In this document: positions 10,299 to 18,332 of the stretch, in pieces
How the letters are laid out: the number at the start of each line of letters is the position of its first letter
Numbering within the stretch: the first letter of the stretch is position 1
Assembly (NCBI RefSeq): GCF_051659485.1
Contig: NZ_JBOFOO010000019.1
Location: forward strand, 1 to 35,681
Length of the DNA stretch: 35,681 bases
Source of the DNA: Craterilacuibacter sp.
GTDB lineage: Bacteria; Pseudomonadota; Gammaproteobacteria; Burkholderiales; Chromobacteriaceae
Direction of reading: 5' to 3'
The notes under the pieces: generated by a model
The model's database searches: none
What the model was told of the DNA's origin: nothing
Seen by the model: the letters and a program-made list of their open reading frames with translations, nothing else
Translations under genes and position numbers: made by a program

Positions 10299-11303
10299 CT
10301 ACGCCAGCCACGGGGCCAGCGCGGTGAACAGATAGCCTGCCGAAATGGCGGTGCCGATGATGACCAGCAAGAAGGCGATCAGGATCTGCTTGCGGAACAG
10401 CGCCTTGAGCAGAATGAGTTCGGTCAGGCTGGCACCAGCGCCGCCAATAATCAGCGCCATCAGTGCGCCCAGTCCCATGCCCTTGAGGGCAAACATGGAC
10501 GCCATCGGGATCAGGGTTTCGACGCGCAGATAAAGCGGAATGCCGACAACCGCCGCCAGCGGAATCGCCAGCGGATTGTCGCTGCCGGTATGGGCGGCGA
10601 TCCATTCGGAGGGCACGAAGCCATAGGTAAAGGCGCCGATAGCGACACCCAGCATCAGGTAGGGAAACACGGTGCGGAACTGTCCCAGTGCTTCGCGCCA
10701 CAGTTGCCGCCAGGGCATGGCCGCTTTGACCGGCTGGCTTTGTTGCGCCGGCTTGGGTGCACAGCAGGAGGCCTTGATTTCAACCGGCTTGGGCGCGCAG
10801 CAAGAAGTCTTGGTCTCTACTGGTTTGGCGGTGCGGCAGGCACTCGCCTTAGGCGTGGTCTGCTTCACATAGCGGCCAAAGCCCAGACGGTCGAGCAGAT
10901 AGCCGGCTACTAGCGAGATAAATAGCGTTGCTGCTGCATACACTAGCGTCACTTTCCAGCCGAAAGTCAGCCATAGCAGGCCCACGATGATGGGGTTGAG
11001 CAGTGGCGACACAAACAAAAAGGTCATCGTCGGGCCAAAGCCGGCACCGGCACGCAACAGGCCGCCCAGCATCGGTATAGTCGAGCAGCTGCAAAACGGG
11101 GTCACCGAGCCGATGGCGGCGGCGCTCAGATAGCCGCTGCCTTTTTTATTGCTGAGCAAGGATTGCACTTTGCCGGCCGGCAGCTTGTGCTGGATGGCGG
11201 CAACGGCCACGCTGATCAGGATAAACAGTAGTGATAGTTCCAGCGCCAGAAACACGAACATGGCTGCTGCATCCTGCAGCGACTGGCTATTAAAAAACGA
11301 CAC
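10299..11303 (-). CDS. arsP: ArsP/DUF318-family permease (putative organoarsenical efflux)
   Basis: TPFCSCSTIP motif, SPLLNP, second half GIPLY...GAGASL; located inside the ars operon; GTG start overlapping the arsA 3' end. Confidence 0.8.
   Translation of the reverse strand: MSFFNSQSLQDAAAMFVFLALELSLLFILISVAVAAIQHKLPAGKVQSLLSNKKGSGYLSAAAIGSVTPFCSCSTIPMLGGLLRAGAGFGPTMTFLFVSPLLNPIIVGLLWLTFGWKVTLVYAAATLFISLVAGYLLDRLGFGRYVKQTTPKASACRTAKPVETKTSCCAPKPVEIKASCCAPKPAQQSQPVKAAMPWRQLWREALGQFRTVFPYLMLGVAIGAFTYGFVPSEWIAAHTGSDNPLAIPLAAVVGIPLYLRVETLIPMASMFALKGMGLGALMALIIGGAGASLTELILLKALFRKQILIAFLLVIIGTAISAGYLFTALAPWLA
10748..10848. repeat. 36-bp tandem repeat (two good copies plus a degenerate third) encoding the ArsP linker
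   Basis: Units start at 10748, 10784 and 10820; encode KPVETKTSCCAP / KPVEIKASCCAP. Confidence 0.8.
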
Positions 11304-13149
11304 GGTGTACTTTCTTGGTCTTGCGGCGCGGCTTGTCGGTCGCGCCGGTCAGGGGTGGGTGGGCGGTGTGCCTTGGCACACCGCATCGGGTGGCGGCCCA
11401 GCCTAGCAATGCGCCAAGCGCGTCGGCACCGACCGGCTCTGTTGCCAGGAGCGGAAGCAGCGCGACACGCGAGCTGTGTTGCTTCAGTACCGCATCAATC
11501 TCGCGCGCCTCACTGGCCGCACGTCGTGCGAGTAGCGGCGAGGTGGTGCCGGCGGCGCTCAGGCTCTGGTTGATCACCCAGGCCCAGGGTGTGATGCCGG
11601 CGCGCTCAAGGTCAGCCTGCAGCGAGGCTGCTTCCAGCACCGGCGTGGTTTCGGCCAGTGTTGCGATCAAGACCTTGGTGCGGGCTGGGTCCTGCAATTG
11701 CATCATCGGCGTGGTGAAATGCAGGCCTTTGCCGCCCATCTGGCGCGCCATCTCGCGGTGGTAGGCGCCGGTCGCGTCCAGCAGCAACAGTGTGTGGCCG
11801 GTGGGGGCGGTATCCATCACCACAAAACGCTGTCCGGCTTCGCGGATCACGCGCGAGAAGGCCTGAAATACGGCAATCTCTTCGGTGCATGGCGACTTGA
11901 GGTCTTCTTCCAGCAATGCGCGCCCCGCCGCATCCAGATCCTTGCCCTTGCTGTTCAAGATTTCGTCGCGGTAACGCGCAGTCTCGGTCAGCGGGTCGAT
12001 GCGGCTGACGGCCAGATTGGGCACCTGACCCAATAGCGTATCCGCCAGATGCGCAGCCGGGTCTGAGGTGGTCAGATGAACCGGCAGGCCGCGTCGCGCC
12101 AGCTCGACCGCAACGGCCGCAGCCACAGTCGTCTTGCCCACGCCGCCCTTGCCCATCACCATTACCAGGCCATGGCCGGTTGCGGCGATTTCATCCACCA
12201 GTTGCGCGAGCGGCGTGATGCCGGCAGGCAGCGGGACATCCGTTGCCGGCACCTGCTCGGCGGCCGTATCGGCAAACAGCGCTTCCAGTGCCGCCAGACC
12301 GACCAGATTGAAGTGCTTGAGCGTAATTCTGTCCTGGGTGAGGGACGCCAGTGCCGGCGGCAGGCTGGCCAGTGCCGACGTTTCGCGGCGCACGATGGCC
12401 TGTGCCAGCGTGTCATCTCCAGCGTCGCGCGCAGGGAAAACACCGTTGACGACCAGGAACTGGCGCTTGAGGCCGATGGCGGCGAGTTCCTCATGGGTGC
12501 GCGCCACTTCGCGTAGCGTCGAGGCTTGGGCGCGCGCCACCAGTACCAGCCGCGTCTTGTCGGCGTCGGTCAGCGCATTGACTGCCGCATGGTATTGCGT
12601 ACGCTGTTTTTCAAGACCGGACAACGGCCCGAGGCAGGATGCGCCGTCCGGATTGGCATCGAGGAAGCCCGACCAGGCGCCCGGCAGTTGCAACAGGCGG
12701 ATGGTATGGCCGGTCGGTGCCGTGTCGAACACGATATGGTCGTAGCTGGCGATGAGCTTTTCATCGGTCAGTAGTGCGGTAAATTCGTCGAAGGCGGCGA
12801 TTTCGGTGGTGCAGGCACCGGATAACTGCTCTTCAATGCCCTTGACTACCGCTTCGGGCAGTACGCCCTTTACCGGGCCGACAATGCGGTCGCGGTAGGC
12901 TTGCGCAGCGGCCTGCGGGTCGATTTCCAGCGCCGACAAGCCGCTCACCGTCGCCATCGGGGTGATCGCATTGCCGATGGCCTGACCGAATACCTGGCCG
13001 ACATTGGAGGCCGGATCGGTGCTGACCAGCAGTACCCGCTTGCCCAGCCGCGCCAGATGTACCGCGCTTGCGCAGGCGATAGAGGTCTTGCCGACGCCGC
13101 CCTTGCCGGTGAAGAAAAGAAAGGGTGGCGGATTGTCGAGAAAGTGCAT
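11290..13149 (-). CDS. arsA: Arsenical pump-driving ATPase
   Basis: Two GKGGVGKT P-loops, two DTAPTGH signatures, metalloid-ligand Cys in SGACTTE, GASCLGP and SPCTEE. Confidence 0.97.
   Translation of the reverse strand: MHFLDNPPPFLFFTGKGGVGKTSIACASAVHLARLGKRVLLVSTDPASNVGQVFGQAIGNAITPMATVSGLSALEIDPQAAAQAYRDRIVGPVKGVLPEAVVKGIEEQLSGACTTEIAAFDEFTALLTDEKLIASYDHIVFDTAPTGHTIRLLQLPGAWSGFLDANPDGASCLGPLSGLEKQRTQYHAAVNALTDADKTRLVLVARAQASTLREVARTHEELAAIGLKRQFLVVNGVFPARDAGDDTLAQAIVRRETSALASLPPALASLTQDRITLKHFNLVGLAALEALFADTAAEQVPATDVPLPAGITPLAQLVDEIAATGHGLVMVMGKGGVGKTTVAAAVAVELARRGLPVHLTTSDPAAHLADTLLGQVPNLAVSRIDPLTETARYRDEILNSKGKDLDAAGRALLEEDLKSPCTEEIAVFQAFSRVIREAGQRFVVMDTAPTGHTLLLLDATGAYHREMARQMGGKGLHFTTPMMQLQDPARTKVLIATLAETTPVLEAASLQADLERAGITPWAWVINQSLSAAGTTSPLLARRAASEAREIDAVLKQHSSRVALLPLLATEPVGADALGALLGWAATRCGVPRHTAHPPLTGATDKPRRKTKKVHRVVF
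11363..11384. repeat. Perfect inverted repeat (hairpin) within the arsA 3' extension
   Basis: GCGGTGTGCC-TT-GGCACACCGC. Confidence 0.8.
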
Positions 13150-13160
13150 GAGACGCTCCT

Positions 13161-13529
13161 TTAGCAGCAGCTGGTGTCGCCACCGCAGCAGGATGATTTG
13201 ACCGGTGCGCTCGCTGCGGCAAAGGTCGAGATGCCGGCGAAGCGTGCCAGTTCGGCGCGGCGCGGGTAGCGGCCCATCAGGGCGATCTCGCCATTCACCA
13301 GTGTCAATGGCAGCAGTTCGGCGCCGGAGCGCTCGAGAAAGTTTTTGACCACCGCGTTATCGGCAAACGCCAGTGGCTCCTGCGCAAGGTTAAAGCGGCG
13401 GATGTCCGCGCCCTGCGTTTTTGCCCAGTCGAAGTCGGCGGCAAAGCTCACCAGCGCCTGATCGACTTCGGTGCCGCAGACACCGCTGGAACAGCACAGT
13501 GCGGGGTCGAAAATCTCAATTTTGGTCAT
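13161..13529 (-). CDS. arsD: Arsenite metallochaperone
   Basis: MTKIEIFDPALCCSSGVCG (CC-x4-C site), C-terminal SCC...SCC; AGGAG RBS; true start 13529 rather than the ORF-track start. Confidence 0.95.
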   Translation of the reverse strand: MTKIEIFDPALCCSSGVCGTEVDQALVSFAADFDWAKTQGADIRRFNLAQEPLAFADNAVVKNFLERSGAELLPLTLVNGEIALMGRYPRRAELARFAGISTFAAASAPVKSSCCGGDTSCC

Positions 13530-13539
13530 ATCAATGCTC

Positions 13540-13563
13540 CTATTAATATTGAAATATTGTTCA
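13540..13563 (-). promoter_or_regulatory. Possible internal ArsR-type operator upstream of arsD
   Basis: AT-rich island; shares TATTGAAA (13547-13554) with the arsR upstream region (14431-14438). Confidence 0.4.
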
Positions 13564-13566
13564 AAT

Positions 13567-14040
13567 TTAAGCGACTTCGCGCCCGATGCGGTCGAGTTCC
13601 GCCTTGAGCGCTGCACGGTCCAGCGTGGAGAGTGGTAGTGCCAGCATGGCCTCAATGCGTGCGCGCAAGGTCTGGTAGGCCGCCATAAAGGCGGCATCGA
13701 TTTCGGCGTCGGTGCCGGTGGCGTGTGCTGGATCGTCGACGCCCCAGTGTGTGCGCAGTACCGGCCCCAGATAGGCGGGGCAGGTTTCGCCGGCGGCCGA
13801 TGCGCACACGGTAATCACGATATCGGGTGTTGCCGGCAGTGCGTCCCAGCTTTTGCTCTCGAGGCCGTCGACCTTCATGCCTTCACGCTCAAGCAGCGCA
13901 ATCGAGCGCGGGTGGATAAAGCCGGTAGGCTGGCTGCCGGCGCTCATCGCCTGCCAGCCATTTGGCGCCAGATGATTGAAAGTCACTTCACCCAGGATGG
14001 AGCGGCAGGAGTTGCCGGTACACAGAAATAGCACGTTCAT
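13567..14040 (-). CDS. arsC: Arsenate reductase, LMW-PTP fold (thioredoxin-coupled type)
   Basis: MNVLFLCTGNSCRS (CX5R) plus resolving Cys pair ITVC...ETCP, HWGVDDP; ATGA overlap with arsR. Confidence 0.93.
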   Translation of the reverse strand: MNVLFLCTGNSCRSILGEVTFNHLAPNGWQAMSAGSQPTGFIHPRSIALLEREGMKVDGLESKSWDALPATPDIVITVCASAAGETCPAYLGPVLRTHWGVDDPAHATGTDAEIDAAFMAAYQTLRARIEAMLALPLSTLDRAALKAELDRIGREVA

Positions 14041-14411
14041 GGTTGGGGTTCCGTTGAGGGGGAAACAGGGGGGAGGACGGCGCTTGGGCAGCACGAAGCG
14101 GCGCGTGCATCCAGGCATTCATCCGGCTTGTCGCTGCAGCATTCGGCGGTCAGATAGGCGATCAGCTCCAGCATCAGTGCCAGATTGGCACGGTAGCGCT
14201 GGAAACGCCCTTCCTGCGTCACCGAAACCAGGCCCGCGTGCGTCAGTGCCTTCAGGTGGAAGGACAGTTTGTTGGGCGCGAGATCCAGCGCGGCGGCGAT
14301 CTCGCCGGCCACGAGGCCGGCATGGCCGTGTTTGACCAGTAGCCGGAAGGCGTCGAGGCGGATGCCGGACGAGAGCGACTCGAAAACTTGCGTGGCAGTT
14401 TGCTTTTCCAT
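14037..14411 (-). CDS. arsR: ArsR/SmtB repressor with C-terminal Cys sensing site
   Basis: MEKQTATQVFESLSSGIRL, LSFHLKAL HTH, C-terminal ECC-x6-C and a further SCC. Confidence 0.93.
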   Translation of the reverse strand: MEKQTATQVFESLSSGIRLDAFRLLVKHGHAGLVAGEIAAALDLAPNKLSFHLKALTHAGLVSVTQEGRFQRYRANLALMLELIAYLTAECCSDKPDECLDARAASCCPSAVLPPVSPSTEPQP

Positions 14412-14450
14412 TGTGCAACTATACAACAAGTATTGAAACGTTTGTATTTA
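14412..14450 (-). promoter_or_regulatory. ars promoter/operator, probably leaderless
   Basis: -10-like TATAGT (14423-14418) 6 nt before the ATG, no SD; inverted repeat ATACAA (14421-14426) / TTGTAT (14442-14447). Confidence 0.55.
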
Positions 14451-14491
14451 TTTAGCCCGCAGGGTGGGTAAAGCATCATCCGGGGGGCTGT

Positions 14492-15106
14492 CTAGCGGCT
14501 TAGCCCTGCATCAAGCAGTGCCTGATGCACGCAAATGGCGGCATAGGCATCGTTGGCGGCATACAGTAGTTGGCGCTCGGCCAGCTGCTTGATTGCCCAG
14601 TTGGAGGTGCTGATGTGTTTGGATTTGGCCAGTTTCTGGCCGAACAGCATGGCAATGGCGGTCTTGGCACCGATTTGCTGGCGATAACCCTGGGCGCGGA
14701 AACTGTGATCCAGATCGATCAACTGCTGCGGAATAATGCCGAAGCGCGTGCCCAGATGCCCAAGATCACTCTTGAGTCCGAAGCCGACCTTGGCGACCTG
14801 CGCTGACTGCAGTACTTCAAATGCGGCGCTCAACGTCTCTTGCTGATGGCTCTGGAACAGCCAGGCCCGATCCATGCTGGAAAACTGCAGCACATGCGGG
14901 CCTTCCGAATTTTGCCCTTTGTGAAAGGTCGGACGCGATTCGGTATCAAAACCGAGTGCATCGTGCCGCAGCATCTGCAGCAGGGCCGCTTCGGCGCTGG
15001 CGCGGCAAGTGACGACCGTGATGCGCTCCAGTGTCAGTCCGGTAAAAGGGGGCAGGGTGGCGATATGGGTCTTGTCCGGCGGGGTGGCGGGTAGGGTTAC
15101 AGGCAT
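14492..15106 (-). CDS. DEDDy 3'-5' exonuclease (WRN-exo/RNase D-like)
   Basis: ExoI GFDTESRP, ExoII GFGLKSDL, SNW, ExoIII YAANDAY; GGAG RBS before ATG 15106. Confidence 0.88.
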   Translation of the reverse strand: MPVTLPATPPDKTHIATLPPFTGLTLERITVVTCRASAEAALLQMLRHDALGFDTESRPTFHKGQNSEGPHVLQFSSMDRAWLFQSHQQETLSAAFEVLQSAQVAKVGFGLKSDLGHLGTRFGIIPQQLIDLDHSFRAQGYRQQIGAKTAIAMLFGQKLAKSKHISTSNWAIKQLAERQLLYAANDAYAAICVHQALLDAGLSR

Positions 15107-15226
15107 GATGCTCCAGGGAAGGCGGGCCATTAAAGATAGCGTGGCGCAAGTTGTGCCGTATTGTCCTGCATTCCAATACATATTTCCTGCTTATCTTGCT
15201 GTTGGCCGCCATGCCGCCTTGCCGGA

Positions 15227-15281
15227 ATGACTAGGCCGTAATGGCTAGAGTGGCGGCTGTGGCGCCTTTTTTTCTAGTCAT
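15227..15281 (+). promoter_or_regulatory. Putative NarL-type binding sites upstream of narK1
   Basis: 7-2-7 TAGGCCG-TA-ATGGCTA (15232-15247) and half-site TAGTCAT (15275-15281); same motif recurs upstream of narG. Confidence 0.5.
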
Positions 15282-15382
15282 AAGCACAGGCCCTTCTCGT
15301 TCTTGCGGCGAATGTGAATTGCCATGTCATACGCCTAAGCTGTCTGTTATCAAGATCGATAGACGTCGAAACGAGGTGTTCC

Positions 15383-16672
15383 ATGACTGACAGTACAGCG
15401 GGGGGCGGCCGTCAGGCCAATACCGTTTTGGCATCCAGTACCTTTGCCTTCACTATTTGCTTTGCCGTGTGGATGATGTTTGCAGTACTGGGCATCCCGA
15501 TCAAGAAGCAACTCGGGCTGAATGAAACCGAATTCGGTTTGCTGGCCGCCATGCCGGTACTGACCGGCTCACTGGTGCGGGTGCCTTTGGGTATCTGGAC
15601 CGACCGCTATGGCGGGCGCATCGTGTTTTTCCTGCTGATGCTGTCAACGGTGATCCCGATCTGGCTGATGAGTTACGCCACCGCCTACTGGCACTTTCTG
15701 GTGCTGGCGCTGTTTGTCGGTCTGGCCGGCGGCTCGTTTTCGGTAGGCACACCTTATGTTGCACGCTGGTTTCCGGCTAATCGCAAAGGTCTGGCAATGG
15801 GGGTGTTTGGTGCCGGTAATTCGGGTGCGGCGCTAACCAAGTTTGTTGCTCCTGCATTGATGGCGGGTGCTGGCGGTAGCTGGACCATCGTGCCGCAGGT
15901 GTATTCGGTCGCCATGCTGCTGACTGCCATCCTGTTCTGGGTGTTTTCTGCCAGTAAGCCCGAGCACAAGGTATCAGCCAGTGTCAGTTTTTCCGATCAG
16001 ATGAAGATGCTCAAGGACCCGCGTGTATGGCGTTACTGCCAGTACTACTCGGTGGTGTTTGGTGGCTATGTCGCCATGGCGCTGTGGATGACCAAGTACT
16101 ACATCGGTGAATACGGCTTCGATCTTAAATATGCGGCGCTATTGGCGGCCTGTTTCTCCCTGCCGGGCGGGGTGCTGCGCGCACTGGGTGGCTGGGCATC
16201 CGACAAATACGGCGCTTACCAGACCACTTGGGCGGTGATGTGGGTGTGCTGGGTGGCCTTCTTTATCCTCAGCTATCCGCAGACCCAGTTCACCATCGCA
16301 ACCATTAACGGTCCGCAATCCTTCCATCTGGGTCTGAGTCCGCTGCTATTCACCGGTGTGGTGTTTACCGTCGGTATCGCGATGGCGGTGGGCAAGGCCT
16401 CGGTGTTCAAGTTTATTGCCGATGACTTCTCCGACAATATCGGCGCGGTCTCCGGCATCGTCGGCCTGGCCGGCGGTCTGGGTGGTTTTATCCTGCCCAT
16501 CATGTTTGGCGCGCTGCTGGATATCACCGGGGTGCGCACCTCCTGCTTCATGCTGCTGTACGGCACGGTGTGCGTCAGCCTGGTATGGATGCACTTCAGT
16601 TTCCGCAAGGAAAGCGTCGCCTACGGCGAGGAAGTCCTGGCCGAACACAAACTTCATCAACAGCATTCCTGA
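15383..16672 (+). CDS. narK1: MFS nitrate/nitrite transporter, NarK1 type
   Basis: GAGG RBS; TDRYGGR, GLAGGSF, GVFGAGNSG nitrate-signature motifs; first gene of the nar cluster. Confidence 0.9.
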   Translation: MTDSTAGGGRQANTVLASSTFAFTICFAVWMMFAVLGIPIKKQLGLNETEFGLLAAMPVLTGSLVRVPLGIWTDRYGGRIVFFLLMLSTVIPIWLMSYATAYWHFLVLALFVGLAGGSFSVGTPYVARWFPANRKGLAMGVFGAGNSGAALTKFVAPALMAGAGGSWTIVPQVYSVAMLLTAILFWVFSASKPEHKVSASVSFSDQMKMLKDPRVWRYCQYYSVVFGGYVAMALWMTKYYIGEYGFDLKYAALLAACFSLPGGVLRALGGWASDKYGAYQTTWAVMWVCWVAFFILSYPQTQFTIATINGPQSFHLGLSPLLFTGVVFTVGIAMAVGKASVFKFIADDFSDNIGAVSGIVGLAGGLGGFILPIMFGALLDITGVRTSCFMLLYGTVCVSLVWMHFSFRKESVAYGEEVLAEHKLHQQHS

Positions 16673-16698
16673 GCCTTGTCCCCAAAAGGAGAACAACC

Positions 16699-18084
16699 AT
16701 GTCCAGTTCGGTCATCAAACGCTGGGAGCCGGAAAATCCGGGCTTTTGGCAAGAGGAAGGCGCGCAGATCGCCAAGCGTAATCTATGGATTTCCATACCG
16801 GCCCTGATGCTGGCCTTTAGTGTGTGGATGTTGTGGAGTGTGGTGGTGGTCAATCTCGACAAGGCCGGTTTTTCGCTGTCGAAAAACCAGATGTTCTGGC
16901 TGACCGCCTTGCCGGCGCTGTCGGGTGCCACCTTGCGCATTTTTTATTCATTTCTGGTGCCCATCTTCGGCGGGCGGCGCTGGACGGCCATTTCGACCGC
17001 ATCCTTGCTGATTCCGGCCTTAGGCATGGGTTTTGCGCTGCGTGACCCGAGCACCGATTACCCGACCCTCTTGGTGCTGGCGCTATTGTGCGGTCTGGGG
17101 GGCGGTAACTTCAGCTCCAGCATGTCCAACATCAGCTTCTTTTTCCCCAAGGCCAAGAAGGGCATGGCCACCGGCCTGAATGCCGGCATCGGCAATCTCG
17201 GCGTGTCGGTGGTGCAGTTTGTCGTGCCGCTGGTGATTTCGGCCGGTGTGTTCGGTGTATTGAGCGGAGAGCCGCAAACCTTCGTCAAGGATGGGGTCGA
17301 GAAAAGTATCTGGCTACAGAATGCCGGCTTTATCTGGGTGCCGTTTATTGTGGTGGCTACGCTGGCCGCCTGGTTCGGCATGAACGACATTGCGGATGCC
17401 AAAGCCTCGTTTGCCGATCAGGCGGTGATTTTCAAGCGCAAGCACAACTGGTTGATGTGCTGGCTGTATGTCGGCACTTTCGGCTCATTCATCGGCTTTT
17501 CCGCCGGTCTTGCCATGCTGACCAAATCGCAGTTCCCCGGAATCAACCCGACGGCCTATGCTTTTCTTGGCCCCCTGGTTGGTGCGTTGACGCGCCCGAT
17601 AGGCGGCTGGGTATCGGACAAGATCGGTGGGGCGCGGGTCACCTTCTGGGTGTTTGCCGCTATGATTTTGGCCGTGATCGGCGTGCTGCAGTTTTTACCG
17701 CAGAACGGTCATGGCGGCGATTTCTTCGGCTTTCTCGCCATGTTCATCATCCTGTTTGCGCTGACCGGCATCGGCAACGGTTCGACCTTTCGCATGATTC
17801 CGGTGATCTTCCTTACCGAACGCCAGCAAGCAGCCAAGGGTCGCGGCGTCAAGGCCGAGCATCAGGCGACACTGGATGCCGGCAAGGAGGCTGCGGCAGT
17901 GCTGGGCTTTTCCGGTGCGATTGGCGCTTACGGTGGTTTTTTCATCCCCAAGAGCTTCGGCACGTCTATCGAACTGACCGGTGGCGTGGATGCGGCCTTG
18001 CTGTGTTTTATCGCCTTTTACCTGAGCTGCATGGTCATTACCTGGTTGTTCTACTCGCGCAAGAACGCGGCCATGCCGTGCTGA
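16699..18084 (+). CDS. narK2: MFS nitrate/nitrite antiporter, NarK2 type
   Basis: AAGGAG RBS; WEPEN..FW, RNLWISIP, GLGGGNFSSSM, GIGNGSTF, GAYGGFFIP. Confidence 0.92.
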   Translation: MSSSVIKRWEPENPGFWQEEGAQIAKRNLWISIPALMLAFSVWMLWSVVVVNLDKAGFSLSKNQMFWLTALPALSGATLRIFYSFLVPIFGGRRWTAISTASLLIPALGMGFALRDPSTDYPTLLVLALLCGLGGGNFSSSMSNISFFFPKAKKGMATGLNAGIGNLGVSVVQFVVPLVISAGVFGVLSGEPQTFVKDGVEKSIWLQNAGFIWVPFIVVATLAAWFGMNDIADAKASFADQAVIFKRKHNWLMCWLYVGTFGSFIGFSAGLAMLTKSQFPGINPTAYAFLGPLVGALTRPIGGWVSDKIGGARVTFWVFAAMILAVIGVLQFLPQNGHGGDFFGFLAMFIILFALTGIGNGSTFRMIPVIFLTERQQAAKGRGVKAEHQATLDAGKEAAAVLGFSGAIGAYGGFFIPKSFGTSIELTGGVDAALLCFIAFYLSCMVITWLFYSRKNAAMPC

Positions 18085-18109
18085 CGCAGGCCTGACGCCC
18101 GCGCCCATG

Positions 18110-18152
18110 AACCGCTCCCGCACGCTATCCGCTTGCCGGGGGCGGTTTTTTT
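18110..18152 (+). terminator. Probable intrinsic terminator after narK2
   Basis: Stem AACCGCTCCCG / CGGGGGCGGTT (one G-U), 16-nt loop, ends in a T7 tract. Confidence 0.6.
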
Positions 18153-18180
18153 ACGTGAATCTCGAGTGAACCCAGTACGG

Positions 18181-18212
18181 CGGCCTAGTCACTGTGGCCT
18201 AGGCCGGTCTAG
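18181..18212 (+). promoter_or_regulatory. Putative NarL-type binding sites upstream of narG
   Basis: 7-2-7 TAGTCAC-TG-TGGCCTA (18186-18201); three CTAG at 18185, 18199 and 18209. Confidence 0.5.
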
Positions 18213-18332
18213 TGCGCTTGCCTGCATGTTCTCCTCCGGCAGGAGAATGGGTCTCTATATTTCTTCGGAATATGCTGTGAGGGTCGCAATCGTCTCAAAG
18301 GCCGGCATCTTCGGCCAATATGGAGAGCAATA

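Noticed and set aside
13530-13697. Long upstream starts given for arsD (similarly arsC, narK2, narJ, TPM1)
   Set aside because: They overlap upstream genes; family N-termini and RBS positions support the shorter starts.
9181-14491. ars operon as a transposon or island with target-site repeats
   Set aside because: No terminal inverted or direct repeats and no recombinase found at either boundary.
15340-15353. FNR box CTGTC-TGTT-ATCAA before narK1
   Set aside because: Only one good half-site and about 30 nt from the ATG, incompatible with class II activation.
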